Part shown: positions 1-12,733 of the stretch, in pieces
How positions within the stretch are numbered: position 1 is the stretch's first letter
Layout: every line of letters starts with the position of its first letter
Source: Narcine bancroftii
Lineage: Eukaryota
Assembly (NCBI RefSeq): GCF_036971445.1
Contig: NC_091476.1
Location: 92,132,001-92,196,000 of the forward strand
Direction: 5' to 3'
DNA: 64,000 nt
Position numbers and translations under genes: made by a program
The notes under the pieces: model-generated
The model's database searches: none
Told to the model about the DNA's origin: nothing
The model's input: the letters and a program-made list of their open reading frames with translations, nothing else

Positions 1-363
1 TCAGTGATGAAACTTTGTTGAACTAAAAGGCAGCAATTTTGGTAACCCATGTTCTTTACCATAAAGCAACAAGCACCGGGGACATCATTAACAAGCAACT
101 CCAACTCCAGATGAGTTCATGGCTGGCCTCATGAAAATGTGGATGAAATTATGGAAAAATGACACCTCTTTTCCCAAGGAATTGAATGTTGACCATTTTA
201 TACATTCAACACCGTTTGCTTGGACCTTTCACCCCACAACAGCTGTGTTAGTGAAAGACTTAGCCGAAAGCATAGGGTGTGCTTCAAATTAAAACCATTC
301 CGTCACAACCTCCACCTAACCCAGCATGCAGCAGTAAGTAAATGAGGTGAAATGAATACTTAC

Positions 364-375
364 TGAATGGACCAA
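364..375 (-). CDS. ROBO3: 12-nt microexon between Ig3 and Ig4 of the ROBO gene (adds V-G-P-F); positional equivalent of Robo1/2 exon 6b
   Basis: The minus strand reads a long U-tract, then ...ctttgtttcag|TTGGTCCATTCA|gtaagt. The donor is a perfect consensus and a CTGAC branch-like site lies at 420-416. The exon is phase 1/1 and in frame with the upstream exon ending CAC G|. Confidence 0.8.
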
Positions 376-1439
376 CTGAAACAAAGAAAAAAAAAATAAA
401 AAAAATACATGAGATGTCAGGGAAAATTCATGAATGATCTCATACACAATGGTAGCATAAATGTCAGTTTAACAGTGAGAAACCACAGGAAATATTAACT
501 TCAGCCATTGACAAGGGGCAAATGATTTGCGACAGTGGTTAAATCTACCCTGACCACCAAACCAATCAGATCTCTGCTTCTGAGAAATTTTATGCATTTC
601 ATGATAATTTAGCCATAGATTAATTTCAATGTGGTAAGTGCCAAATGCTGCATCAAATCATTGGACCCTGATAGAACATTGGGGAGAAATACACAGTGAT
701 CATTAAGAATTAATTGCTATTACTGTGCAGTGACTCACATTCCTCCTGAATGAAGACATCATCATTTCCTTTTACAAATACATCAATGATATGTTAGCGA
801 CTGCACTTAAAATGCAATGAGCATCTTCTCAAGACGGACTGAGTTTAAATCACTCACGTCTTCGTTGTTCATGAGTAATTGAATTGCCCCCACGATGTGT
901 GGATATTTATTATACCCTTATTACCCTTATTATGACACATTATATTCATAGCACTGCATAAAATAATAATCTAACAAATTTATGCTTTTATAACATTACA
1001 CGTGGAGCAATATTCACCATTTGCAGATTTGTAGGTGTGGTGCGAAACAGGAAGTTGATACCTCTCCCCACCAACTAAGCCAATCACAGCCGACCATCTG
1101 TCTGCATTTCTTTTATATTTTTTTAATCCCCTCTCCATTTGACGCTATTGAGTTTAGACAGGCTATGGTTCTACCAGCATCTGGTCAAGCAGTGGCTTTG
1201 ATCCATTTAACCCTGGACGTTTTCATTCTGAATTGCACTCAATCCTTGCTTGGCCAGCATCAATATGGGATTGGGGAGTGATGGCCAGCATCAATATGGG
1301 GTTGGGGAGTGAATCGTGCCTAGCCACTAATGTTATTGAAACATTTCTACAAGCTGAGAGTTGAGCATGGTGTTAGCCACTTTTAAAGAGCTGCAGCTTT
1401 CCCTGTGATAAGGAACTATTTCAGTTGTCGCGATTTAAA

Positions 1440-2145
1440 ATAAAACCAGACAATGCTGGAAACACTCATCTACGGAAAGAGAAAACACAAACGTTTTGAT
1501 GGTCAGGGCTGGTTCTCTCTGTTCATCTGCTGAATGTTTTACCCATTTTTAGTCTCGCTTTTGGATTTCCAGCAACAACAGGTTCTTCATTTGTATTTTC
1601 TTTGGCTCCCGGAGTTGTCCTGAAAAGTTGTGGAAACTTTTGTCATGAGAGTGGATGTTATTGAAAGCTTGAAAATCAGGGGAAAAAAAAACCCTGCTGA
1701 TGCTAAAAAATGAAAGCGAAAACATGTTGGAAAGTCTCAGTAGGTTGGGCAACATCCAAGGAAAGAGAAACAGTTAATGATACAGGTCCAGGGTCCTTCG
1801 TTAGACTGGGAAAGAAAGAAAATTAGTTTTAGGTAGTAGAAGAGGTGGGGGCAGGCAATGGATAGAACAAATTACTTAAATGTGGTACATGCCCAGTAGG
1901 TTTTCTACAGATGCTGTCTAATTTGTTGAGTTTTTCCAGCATTTTCTGTTGACAAAATCCCTCCACACTGAAGATTGTCATGAGGACTTCAAGTATAGAT
2001 CTTGTAGGCTTGAAGCCAATTTTTAAGCAAAGATTAACAAAAATCTTCCTTGCCAAATGGCTCAGGCCCAAAACACTGATTATATATCTTTGCCTCTACT
2101 GGACACGGTGAGACCCGAGTTTCTCCAGCATTTTTGCTTATTAAA
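1440..2145. repeat. Cluster of degenerate Penelope-type terminal repeats in inverted and tandem arrangement
   Basis: The motif gctgagtttctccagca / tgctggaaa.actcagc recurs in both orientations, with ggctcaggcccaaaac near 2059-2074. Confidence 0.55.
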
Positions 2146-4139
2146 CAAAAAATATTCTCTTTTGTTTATGGGCTAATTACGTGAACCATCCTGCATTATA
2201 CACCCATGAAATATAACTTAATTGTCCTTGGTAGTTTATTTATTTTGTAGTTTCTCTAATTAGTATTAATCTGGACAAATATATTGTACGTAATGGACAT
2301 TAACTTGGTTCAGGTACTTTTGTAACTCTAATACTTCAATTTTTGGTCTGGTTGGTGTTAATAGTTTGATGTGGGGCCACAAAAACTCACAATGAACTGC
2401 ACCAACCCAAAAGCTATCAAATTCGTCAAATGGTTATGCTTAAGCTATGAGACTACTCAGCTTTTTTGCGAAGGAGATAAGGCACTTTATTTCATCTTCC
2501 TTGACTAATGACTTCTGATAAATATTTCCAAGAGATTGAGTGTAATGGGGAGTGTGAGGTCACAGTAACGGTTCAGACTTGCAGCCCAGAGTTGAAGGAC
2601 TTCAGTCTCACAATGATAAGAACTGAAACTGAATTCAATATAAAAAAAATCAATAAATGATCCTAAATGCTGAGAATTTCTCAGTGCCTTGAAAATTTAA
2701 AATGTTACACCATCCTCTTCAGGCCCGCCAACGTGACTGAAAGGTGTGACTTTTCCATTAATGCTTTCTGGCTCTTAATACCCACTCAAATTGTTCAGCA
2801 AACCGCTCATTGGTGCAAGCGCTTGCCTGATGAGGGAACTAGGCTGGCGAATAAAGGTGGACTTGTGAGATTCATCAGCGTCGCAGGATTTTAACAAAAG
2901 CAAAAAATAATGGAAGCCAATCGACCTGAAGAGTTAAACTCTGCCCTTTTGTCACCAGCCTGATGGCCTCATCTTTGACTCTGTCATTTTGTCTGGTAAT
3001 ACTCTTTGGAAGAGTATAGAGAGGTTAAAGACACTACATAAAGACAATTTATTTGTACCCCCAATATCAGTAAGAATGGAGTCAAATTCTTATAGAACAG
3101 CACTAAATATAGCTCCTCACTTGCCACATAGAGTATATTTGTAATCATTATCTTCTCATTTAATCACTATTGGCTGGTTCATGGGGTGTACTACTGTGAT
3201 TTATGACTAGACTGCTTTTATCAGTGGTTGATAGCAACCCAGACCCCATGGAATATATCCTGCCTGATTGTTTCTGCATTTATCACGATTCAACCATTCC
3301 CACTTCACAGCGCGAGTTTAACACAGATATAATGTGCTTCTCTTTGATCGCCTAGCTCACTCTGTTGTCTGTCTTTTTTACTTGGTTCCCATGTAAACCT
3401 CATCCAAAAATCTAAGATTACAAAGGAGCATCACAACATAAGCCGTCAGAGACCACGAACAGATGTAGAAATCCTGGCAAGTTTAAACTGTTCAGGCCCA
3501 GAGGATATCATACTGATTGCAACACCTCTTATGGAGTTTATTGAGCTCAGAAAATATCACGCATTGAGCTTGGACTGCATGATCCAATTACACTGAGCAA
3601 TACATCTATCATCGAACCAGATAGGCTTACTCCATGGTTACCAACCATTTAAATTCTAGTTGATAAGGCTTAGTTGGCCATTAGTTAATATGGAATCAAC
3701 GTGAGCTTGCAAACCAGTGTGTTTCCTTCCTAAAGGATTTTGAAGACATTTATTTCTGTTGTCGGAAAGCAAATTTACTGAATTCAATAGTATTTGATTG
3801 TGATAGAATTTGAACTCGAGAACTGAGTTTAGTATTCTAATTACGGTAACTATTCACTTGCAAATAGCTCAATAATATTGTTCAGTTTGGAAGTCATTTA
3901 CAATCTTAGGGTCAACCTCACAAACCAACAATGTCCTTCCTTTTCTAGGATGGCTCATTTAATGAAATACTATCACTTCTGAACCCCATTTCAGACATGG
4001 AAACCTTCCCCATTAACTGGGAGCCCTGCAAAAATTCAAGATGTCTCATCACCATCTCAAAGAAACCAGAGAGGGCCAATAAATGCTGAAACCCCAGTCT
4101 CCAGAATAGGAGCCCCTATTCTGAGCAATACCACAGGGA

Positions 4140-4545
4140 AATAAGTCTTTCAGCCCAACTCGTTCATTCTGACCATGCCCATCTGTGCTCGTCCTATTTG
4201 TTCCATATCCATCTCAACATTTCCTGTCCATGTTACCTGCTCAAACATCCTTTGAATTGTACCTGCTATCATTTCCTCTGGCAGCATGTTCCATATATAC
4301 AACACCATTTGTGTTAAAAATATTGCCCTTCGGGTCCACTTTAAAATCCTTCTCATCTCACCTTAATCTAGTGCCCCCATTTTTAGACTCCCCTACCCTG
4401 GGAAAAAAGCTTGTGACTATCCACCTGTTCCATGGAAAAACAGTCCAGCCCTATCCAGCCTCTCCTTATATGTGAATGCCCTCCATTCCTGGTAACATCC
4501 TGGTAATTCTTTACTTTTGCACCCTTTCCAGATTAATGACATTAA
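4140..4545 (-). mobile_element. CR1 LINE 3' fragment
   Basis: Matches the 3' end of other CR1 copies in the window (F.TQ.V..IWN.LP remnant plus tail). Confidence 0.65.
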
Positions 4546-5234
4546 TTGAATAATCCAAAATTCATATCGTGAACTGAGGGATGATAAAATGTCCATTTTT
4601 TTTCTTTACAACAACATTGAAGTTGAAGGTCTTCAGCTAGTCAGGGGGTGGCAATTAATCAGAAATGGGGGATATCACTGAAGCATCCCTTTATCTGTTG
4701 CGGTTGCACATTTTAGCACCAAAGGGCTCATGAGTAATTTGGAGATCTGATTTGAGTGGGTATTGCATTTCATTCACCATTGAACATAAAATGAAAGAGA
4801 TGAACTCACAGACATTGTCTATGGCACAAAGGGAACATTTTTAGAAGGAATGCACCCCATAAGTGATTGCAACCGATCCATTCAGAGATTCAACCTCCTG
4901 CCAGGCACCAGTAAAACGTTCCCATTCATAGTTATAATCAACCTAGTGTCACTCACCAGAAAGTAATTTCCAGATCCTTTGTATAATGGCAAAAAATAAT
5001 TCAATCTCATGGAACATTGAAGTCTTTAATTGCAACAATTATTGTTATATGTTCACTTTCAGTATCAGATAAAAATCAATTGAAGATTGTTTTTAAACTG
5101 ATTTCAATAAAAACTAAAACCAAGCAAGTTTAAAACTTGTGTTCTTCTATTCTACAAAAATCACAAAAAAACTGTCTGTTTCTTTGAGATGTGATTCCAT
5201 CGATCATCCTCAATAACTTGTCTAGTTCAAAGTC

Positions 5235-5480
5235 ATAGGTATACCACAGAAACAGGCTTTTTAACCCATCGAGTCTACACTGACCATAACTACCCTATGT
5301 TAATCCCATTATTTCTTCTCCCTACAACTATCAACTACCCCCAGATTCTATCACGTCCAAATTCAGGGCAATTTACAGGGGCTACCAATCCACCAATCCG
5401 CAGGTCTTTGGAAGAAATGGGAGCACCCAGAGGAAACCACCTTCGCGACCCCAACTGCACACTTACAACAACAGAGGTCA
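5235..5480 (-). mobile_element. Degenerate tRNA-derived SINE (HE1/V-SINE-like)
   Basis: Reverse-orientation match to the SINE at 6600-6860. Confidence 0.5.
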
Positions 5481-5867
5481 GGAGCAAGACGGCAGGTGTG
5501 CCACAGGATGACCATTTGAAGCAAAAACTGAACCCACACCAGACCCAGGCTGTCCTTTAACCTCCGCACAGCATTCTCTCTAGATCCCCCGCTTGTGGCA
5601 GCTGCCTCTTGAGCCAGGACTATTGTACAGCCTGATAGCTCCTACAAAGGACAGAGTTAGATTTCACTGTGATATCCTTTCGTTGATTAAATTGGCCATT
5701 GGCTCTCACTGCAAGGGCTCACTGTTTTAAGTGTTCCTGTGTTTCCTTTCCTTGCATCTGAGGGGTGATTCAGCCATAAACATTAAGTAATAGTATCCCC
5801 GCTCAATCCAATGGAAATAAGACAATACATCTTTATCAGTTCAGAAATATCATCCAGAGGTCCTTAC

Positions 5868-5995
5868 CGTGTACTGTCAGAGTGCCCGAGAATTCAACTT
5901 TACCCACACTATTTTCTGCAATACAGGTGTATGTTCCTTCATCCTCGCTGTTGACTTGTGCCAACCGCAAACTGTTGTCAGACTGAATCTCAAAC
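5868..5995 (-). CDS. ROBO3: ROBO exon, second half of Ig3 ([43 protein letters not shown]), 128 nt
   Basis: ttcag|G...CAC G|gtaagg. It carries the Ig D-x-G-x-Y-x-C motif. [14 protein letters not shown] and SG.L.VH resemble ROBO3 more than ROBO1/2. Confidence 0.93.
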
Positions 5996-6599
5996 CTGAA
6001 TGAGACAGAAAGATCCGCTTTGTTCCCTGTGTATACTGGTGCAAAATAAAAGTTACTCATTGAAGTGAAACACTCATCTCAGGTAACTGTGCCACATGCG
6101 ATGTTAAGTAAAAGCCATGAGTGAATTAGCAACCTGTGTTATTTCTATTGAACCAGTGATATATAAAACAGGCTGTTGATCTATTGCTCATTGTGCATGT
6201 CACAGTCCAAGTAACCCTTTTGTTTATTTCCCCACATTTCTCTTGTCTTCTCCCTCTTCTCTTTTGTGCTCATTTATGTTGGAGTAAAGATTCTAAGCTC
6301 CACTTGTCAGGTTCAAGTATCCAAGTCATACACTGAACATTAATGGATTTGACCACATGAAGGAAGACATAAAGGCAGATCTTAAGCCCAGCATCCAATG
6401 AGGTGGCCATTGAATGTTTGGAATATTGGTCTTTCTTTTTCCTTCATCTCTCTGGGTGCTGAGATACTTGCATTACTTCTTTTACTGTAGGAGTTTAGCA
6501 CATGTGGGAGTGAATCACCCATGCACCAGGATTCAATGCTTTATGGGTTATCTCCCAAGAGCCATTGCTCCTTGAAGCCCCTACTGATGGGCACATTAA

Positions 6600-6860
6600 G
6601 GGTGGAACAGCTGGTGTAGCGGTTAGTGCAACACCTTTACAGCGTCAGCAATTGGGTCTGGACTGGAGTTCAAATCCTAGGCTATCTGTAAGGAGTTTGT
6701 ATGTTCTCCCCGTGTCTGCATGGGTTTTACCCTGGGGGGGCTCCGGTTCCTCCCACTGTTTAAAATGTACTGGGGGTGTAAGTTAATGGGGTGTAAATTT
6801 GGCAGCATGGACTTGTGGGCCAAAATGGCCTTTTACCATGCTGTATGTCTAATTTAAAAA
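6600..6860 (+). mobile_element. tRNA-derived SINE (HE1/V-SINE-like)
   Basis: A-box-like ggtgtagcggttag, B-box-like gagttcaaatcc, V-domain-like gtttgtatgttctccccgtgtctgcatgggttt and a CR1-like tail. About ten copies occur in the window. Confidence 0.8.
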
Positions 6861-7027
6861 TATATATATCAATTAAATTCTACAATATTTCTCACTGCAT
6901 CCATTTCCAATGCAAAACATGACATTAAACTGTAATGGAACAAGTTGGTTTGTTGAAGCTTCACTTGCACATCCTTCTTCCTTGAACAGTACAATGCAAT
7001 GAGGATTCTAACACTTTAGTTGCGTAC

Positions 7028-7166
7028 CTCTCACGTGGCAGCTCACCCTCCTCCTTGCGCCAACGGGTGGTTGGCACGGGATCACCATGCACCTCGCAAT
7101 GAAAATCCACAGTGTCGTCTGCGAGGACCACCTGATTTACAGGCCGTTTGATGAAGGTGGGCCGTT
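7028..7166 (-). CDS. ROBO3: ROBO exon, first half of Ig3 ([47 protein letters not shown]), 139 nt
   Basis: cccacag|AA CGG...GAG AG|gtacgc. Phases match both neighbouring exons. VNQVVLAD and WRKE.GELP are ROBO3-like. Confidence 0.93.
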
Positions 7167-7432
7167 CTGTGGGATTGTATGGGAGGGGGGGTGGTGGAAA
7201 CAAGATGAGAAGGGTTACAAAGAAGAGAGCACATTGAAAATACAGTGAGGCAGGTAGCATCCCAGGCAATGCGCCAACACTTGCACGAGGTGCTTGCTTG
7301 GTGTATTTTTGGCAACTTATTTGTGAAGCCTTTGCAGAAAGGATTAAGCTGGAAATGCTCCCTCAGACTACCAATTTCAGCCTCTCATTCCCTCTCTTCT
7401 CTTTCATTGAATCACAACATTCTAATTATGTA

Positions 7433-7612
7433 CAGGGGTGGCCAACCTTTTAATTTTTACTTTAGACATACAGCACAATAACAGGCTATTTCGGCCCACG
7501 AGTCCATGCTGCCCAATTAACCTATACACCCCCCGGTACATACTTATGGGCTGAAATGGTCTGTTACCATGCTATATGTCTAAATTAAAAATTAAAAGGT
7601 TGGCCACCCCTA
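7433..7612. repeat. Palindromic element: hAT-like termini enclosing two inverted SINE tails
   Basis: aggggtggccaaccttttaattttt (7434-7458) is the exact reverse complement of 7587-7611. The inner arms are inverted SINE 3' tails. Confidence 0.75.
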
Positions 7613-8408
7613 TTCAGCCTTATGTTCCAAGTGCTTAACCTGATCCCACTTTTCAGTTCTTGGTCAGTACCCTTAAAATTTAGAGCACATCAACTGTGTT
7701 GAGTATTCTGCCTCCAGAATCCTTTCACACTGAGCTGAGCAGACTCCATTAACTTCAGTCCTTGTTCGTACTAAATCAATGACCCCCGCTGACTGTTTCT
7801 CTGGCCTCCGAAAGAGCCATTTGTGCACACCTCATCTCTATCCAGGAAAGGTTAGTGTCCAGCTGCTGGTGGAGGAACAGAGTTCATGTCCAGAAGTAAT
7901 ATCTCATTACCAATATGCCACAGCCCATGGCAACACTAAGGTGGCCACCAAACAGTGAAGGTAGACCAAACTCCACACCAAGGAACAATGTGAAGTGTCT
8001 GAATTTGGTGACTGAACCAAGAACATTCCTGAGAGTTAAACAATCTGGGGTGGAGTGCAATACACAAATGTGCTGCATTGGTTGCCCTTTACTTCCTATA
8101 GATGCTGCATGACCAGCTGAGTTTCTCCAGCACTTTTGTGTACTGCACTCCTGTAACGAAGCAGCCAGATGACCATCATTGTACGATCTGTCCTTTCCTC
8201 AGTGGGGGTCAGAGGGGAATGTTGGTGTGAAAGAAATGCACACACACAGGGCTCACTCAATAAAGGGAGTTATGAAATTATCAGAACTTGAACCAGTTAC
8301 ATCATAGAACACTAGAGTACAAGAACAGATCCCTTGGCCCAAAATGTCAACACCAAACATAATGCCAAATTAAGCTAAATCTCTGCCTCTCTCTTTACCC
8401 TGCATATT

Positions 8409-8412
<4 letters not shown>

Positions 8413-8440
<28 letters not shown>
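8413..8440. repeat. (CT)n microsatellite within a CR1 3' remnant
   Basis: Read directly from the sequence. Confidence 0.95.
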
Positions 8441-8442
<2 letters not shown>

Positions 8443-9950
8443 AAGCCTCTTAAACACTACTAACTTATCTAATTCCACCACTACTCCTGGCAAACATTCC
8501 AGGCACCCACTACTCTCTGTGTTAAAAGCTTGCCCGCACAACTCCCCTAAACTGCCCAACCCTTCCCACTATTGTCCAGTAAACACCTAGGCCATTTTCT
8601 ACCATTCTGTGTCACATAATGACAGAGGTGGAAAAAACACCTAAATGATTTTTCCTTTGCTTCAAGATCCCTGAACCCAACTCCAGCAGTCCTGAGGCGA
8701 GGTCTTGCCTCCACAGATGCTGGTTGACCCAATGAGTTTTTCCAGTGTTCTGTTTGGTTCTAGATTCCAGCATCTGAGTCTCGTTTGTCTCTGTCTTCAG
8801 TGGCCCATCACTATCTCAGATGAGATCTGAAACACAAGGTCCCGGGCTTTTTGTCTCATTGACACAGTACATGAGGAATTTTCCACCGGATCTACAGGGA
8901 ACCAATGAGCCTTTTCCTTTAACTGTACTCACTGCGGGCTTTTTTTTCCCATGTCAATGTTACCCCCACAACCAACCTCCCCCTGCATTGATTACAATCC
9001 AATTCCATGTTTTGATATTCTTTGCACTAAAACCTATATCCATGTTGATAAGTACCAGGACACTACTAGTCCTTTCCCACCCCTTCCCAATCTTGTCTAG
9101 GGTTAGGCATCTTGCCAATGAAGTATTATCATTACATGATAGGAAGGAAACCTCACTTTGAATGTGAAGCTTTCTTATATCATATCTAACAGAACTAGTT
9201 AGTTAAGGGATAAACTTAAGGGGGAAATTGGGATGATCCAATTGGCTTCAATGTTCTGGGGGAAGAACTTCACCCCAGGTCCTCTCCACCATTTGGTGCC
9301 TCTGTGAGGTGAGGGGTGGATACATTTTAAGGGTATTGGGTACAATGGAAAATCATTATATTCCCCTCCTGCACAATCCAAATTAACATTCAACAGTCAT
9401 TTCTAAGTGTGCAAGTCCTTGAACAATCTATGCCTTAACTAGCAGTTAAATTGATTTATAATGTATCTGATTTTTTGTGGTTTTAAATTTACAAATAATA
9501 TATTTTAAAAAACCCAGCAGTTATTGGTTTTAGTTATGAAAAGAAAATCAGAAAAAAATAAGCATAGAAAAACAAAAAAAAAGTAAAACTTAATTGTTTG
9601 GATAAAAAGTGATTGAACAGATTGCTCAATGTTGTTCATACCAGGCTTCCTTTAAAAACACTGCCTTTAGTATACCAGCTCGGTAATTGGCTTCAAGTGG
9701 CTAGGGTCTGGATTTGGAAGAGAGAGAGTTCCTGCCGTCAAACAGCTCCTCTTCACTGGGCTGACTCCCCCCAGAGATCATGGACGACCATGCAGCAACT
9801 CACTCTGTGACGTCCATATCCTTGGGCTACTGCATTGGAAGATGCAGTAGCATTGACTTAGTTCTGGGATTGATCCCTGATCAGGCTAATCTCCGAGTTG
9901 CATAGAGAAGGTAAAACAGCGGGGTGGGGGGTCACTAAATTGTCACTTAC

Positions 9951-10071
9951 CAAAAACGACCAAGTCTGCCGGCTCACTGTCCCTCTCACCCACCATATTG
10001 GTAGCCACGCAGACGTACATGCCAGCATCAGACTTCCTCGTGTTTGAGATCATCAGCTTTCCTCCTCGGAT
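9951..10071 (-). CDS. ROBO3: ROBO exon, second half of Ig2 ([40 protein letters not shown]), 121 nt; missing from the ORF track
   Basis: ttgttccag|ATC CGA GGA...TTT G|gtaagt, translated by hand. This is the classic Robo Ig2 sequence. Confidence 0.95.
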
Positions 10072-10324
10072 CTGGAACAACAGACAGGCAATGTCATAGA
10101 GTACTACAGGAGGAAAACAGACCCTTCAGCCCAATGTGTCCATGCCGAACATGCTAGTCCCATTTCCCTGCGTCCAGCCAATATGTTTCCCGTGCAAGTA
10201 CTTAAATGTAGCATTTGCCCCCATCTCTACCACTTCTTCTGACAGCTTATCCCAAATACCTACCATCCTCTTTGGAATGAAGTTCCCTCAGATTCCTTGG
10301 AAATCTTTTCCCTGTTATCGTGAA

Positions 10325-10727
10325 TGGGCATTACAGTTGGTGGTTATCACAATAAAGTTACAACACCAGCCATTGGGACCCCGCACTGACTGTAAGGAAT
10401 TTGTACGTTCTCTCCGTGACTGTGTGGGTTTTCCCTGAGGTCTCCAGTTTTCTTCCACCATTCAAAAGCATACTGGGTGTATAGGTCAATCAGGTGTAAT
10501 TGGGTGGCATGGGCTCATGGACCAAAATGGCCTATTACTGTGCTGTATGTCAAATGTAGACATACAGCATGGCAACATGTCCTTCTGACCCATGAGCCCG
10601 TGCCACCCAAATGCACCAGTTGACCTTCAAGCTCCCTACATTTTTAGAGGGTAGAATGAAACCAGAGCACCTAGAGGAAACCCACGGAGGTCACGAGGAG
10701 AGCATACAAACTCCTTACAGACACTAC
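10325..10727. mobile_element. Tail-to-tail inverted pair of HE1-like SINEs in the 712-nt intron between the Ig2 exons
   Basis: A plus copy at about 10325-10556 is followed directly by a minus copy at about 10556-10727. Confidence 0.75.
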
Positions 10728-10783
10728 CGATCCATTACCCCCCCCCCACTTACCCCAAGTGGTCGATCATGCCACCTACTCAC

Positions 10784-10941
10784 CGTGATCCGCTCATCCT
10801 TGTCATTAATGCGGAGATTGTCCTTCTTCCAGGAGATGGTTGGTTCTGGATGTCCTCTTGGTGGGAGGCACTCCATCACAGCAGGCTCCCCAGCTGCAAC
10901 CACAACATCGCTTGGCGCTTGGCGGAAGTCATCACGCAGAA
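10784..10941 (-). CDS. ROBO3: ROBO exon, first half of Ig2 ([52 protein letters not shown]), 158 nt
   Basis: cttccccag|TT CTG CGT...ATC ACG|gtgagt, with the Robo signature PPRGHPEP. Confidence 0.95.
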
Positions 10942-12319
10942 CTGGGGAAGGGCAAAGGAGGAAAACACCTTCAGCCAATGGCTTCACTTACTGAAACTGA
11001 AATGAGAAGGAATTTCTTCTTTCTTCGGCAAGACATGGAAGTGGCTGATCAGAGGGTATCAGTTTGTGGGTGTCCAACAAGCAACAAATCTCTCTCTGAA
11101 ACCAACTAGAACCTTCCTGAGTGGTAACTATTTACCTTTAAGCACCAAAGCCTGGTGAAACTTCATAAATGTTAAATTCCGTGCACAGTATAAGAAATGC
11201 CTACAACCAGTGAACTTGGAGGACTGAGAAGTGAGATTGCACTATGAATTAAAGAACTTTCCTGAACATATACACATTACATATACATGCGCTTAGAATT
11301 TGAAGTTAAAAGTAATAAGTTAAAGTTTGATCCTGCTTTTATGTTTAAAGAAAATTAAAAGCAACTTTTATTTTTGTAATCATTTGTCTTGGTGAACTTC
11401 TATTGCTGCTGGGTTTTGAAGTCCTCTGGACTCGTAACACTATCAAAAAGCCTCTTACACACGACAATCATATCTGCTTCAACCACAGTCCCTGGCAGCC
11501 TTTTTCGGACACCCACCACTCTCTGTTTAAAAAGATTTGCTCCGCACATGCCCCTCAAACTCTCTCCTCCACGTTAAAAGTATTTGACATTTTTACCCCC
11601 ACTTTCTCTGAGATAATCTGCAGTATCATTGCACACTTCAGTAGAACTGGCGCAGCCACAATATATTAAAAGTAATGATTACATTCTATCAACGTGATCT
11701 GCCTAATCAGCATCTACTAAGTAAATCCTGTACTTATTCAGTCCCAAGCAGTTCCATTAATGCTTGTAATGGCCCACATCACCCTTGATCTATGTACGCA
11801 TTAGTTTCTGCCTGTAACTACACAAAATTACACCAGCTCATTTTTCCCTCCTTTAGTAATTCAATTTGGTTTCCACTGATCTGAATTAATGAATATTCCC
11901 AGGCAGATGGATCGTAGATATGCCCATTACCCAAAATAACATCTAACCCTGCAGTCAGTCAAAAAAACATTCAGGAATCTAAAGTGGACTCATGGCTCCC
12001 AACCAGCACATATTACAACAGCCTAGGAATACAGCAATTAATTAGATCTGCAAGATGTATTCTCAATATTTCCCTTGGGAGCTCTGGAAACGCACTGGGG
12101 ACACCAGGATTATCAATTTTTTGTGGCCTTGTTGGAAGAAGGGAATTGCTGCATCATCCAGTATGCTGATGCCTTATGCCACCGAGTGCTCATCAACCAA
12201 CTATTTGAACAGACCGTTTATAATCTGCTTTCTTTCAAATAGCATCATCAGAAGGAGCAGAGCAAGTAAAAGAAAAGAATGTCACCAAGTACACACCTCC
12301 TGCTTTATAAAAAAATGTA

Positions 12320-12733
12320 TAGATACACAAACACACAGATATGCACAAATACATACAGAAAGACATGCAAAAATACACAGACATAGTAGACACACATCCA
12401 TAGGACAACACACTCACAAGTGTATAGATACACACACACACCCCCTCTACCTGGTGAGATTCTGTAGGACAAGTTTCTCCTGTACATCCAATGCAACTGG
12501 TGAGCTCAGGATACTCTGAGTGACTTAAGCGAAGCTTTATCAACGTGAGATGCGCAAAGACACACATAAGCAGAGTACAAGCGTGTGCACACATACACCA
12601 AAGTGCACAAGTACAAATCAATGCATGCACACACAAGGACAAATGTGGACACACATACATGTGTTTATACAAAAATAATTATATGGATGATGAAAATACA
12701 GATACCCACACTTCAAATACATATGGGCATAGA
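12320..12733. repeat. Degenerate (CA)-rich low-complexity tract
   Basis: Repeated acacac/atacac units running up to the assembly gap. Confidence 0.8.

Noticed and set aside
4925-4975. Minus-strand gtgagt donor as the Ig4 exon
   Set aside because: The upstream frame does not encode Robo Ig4 (PPQ...FWQKEGSQ). That exon should lie beyond position 1.
5868-10941. Assignment to ROBO1 or ROBO2
   Set aside because: Ig2 is ROBO2-like, but the Ig3 residues ([34 protein letters not shown]) fit ROBO3 better. This is not formally excluded without a phylogeny.
10990-11439. Possible LTR remnant ending in gtaaca next to the Ig2 acceptor
   Set aside because: No matching 5' terminus or TSD was found.
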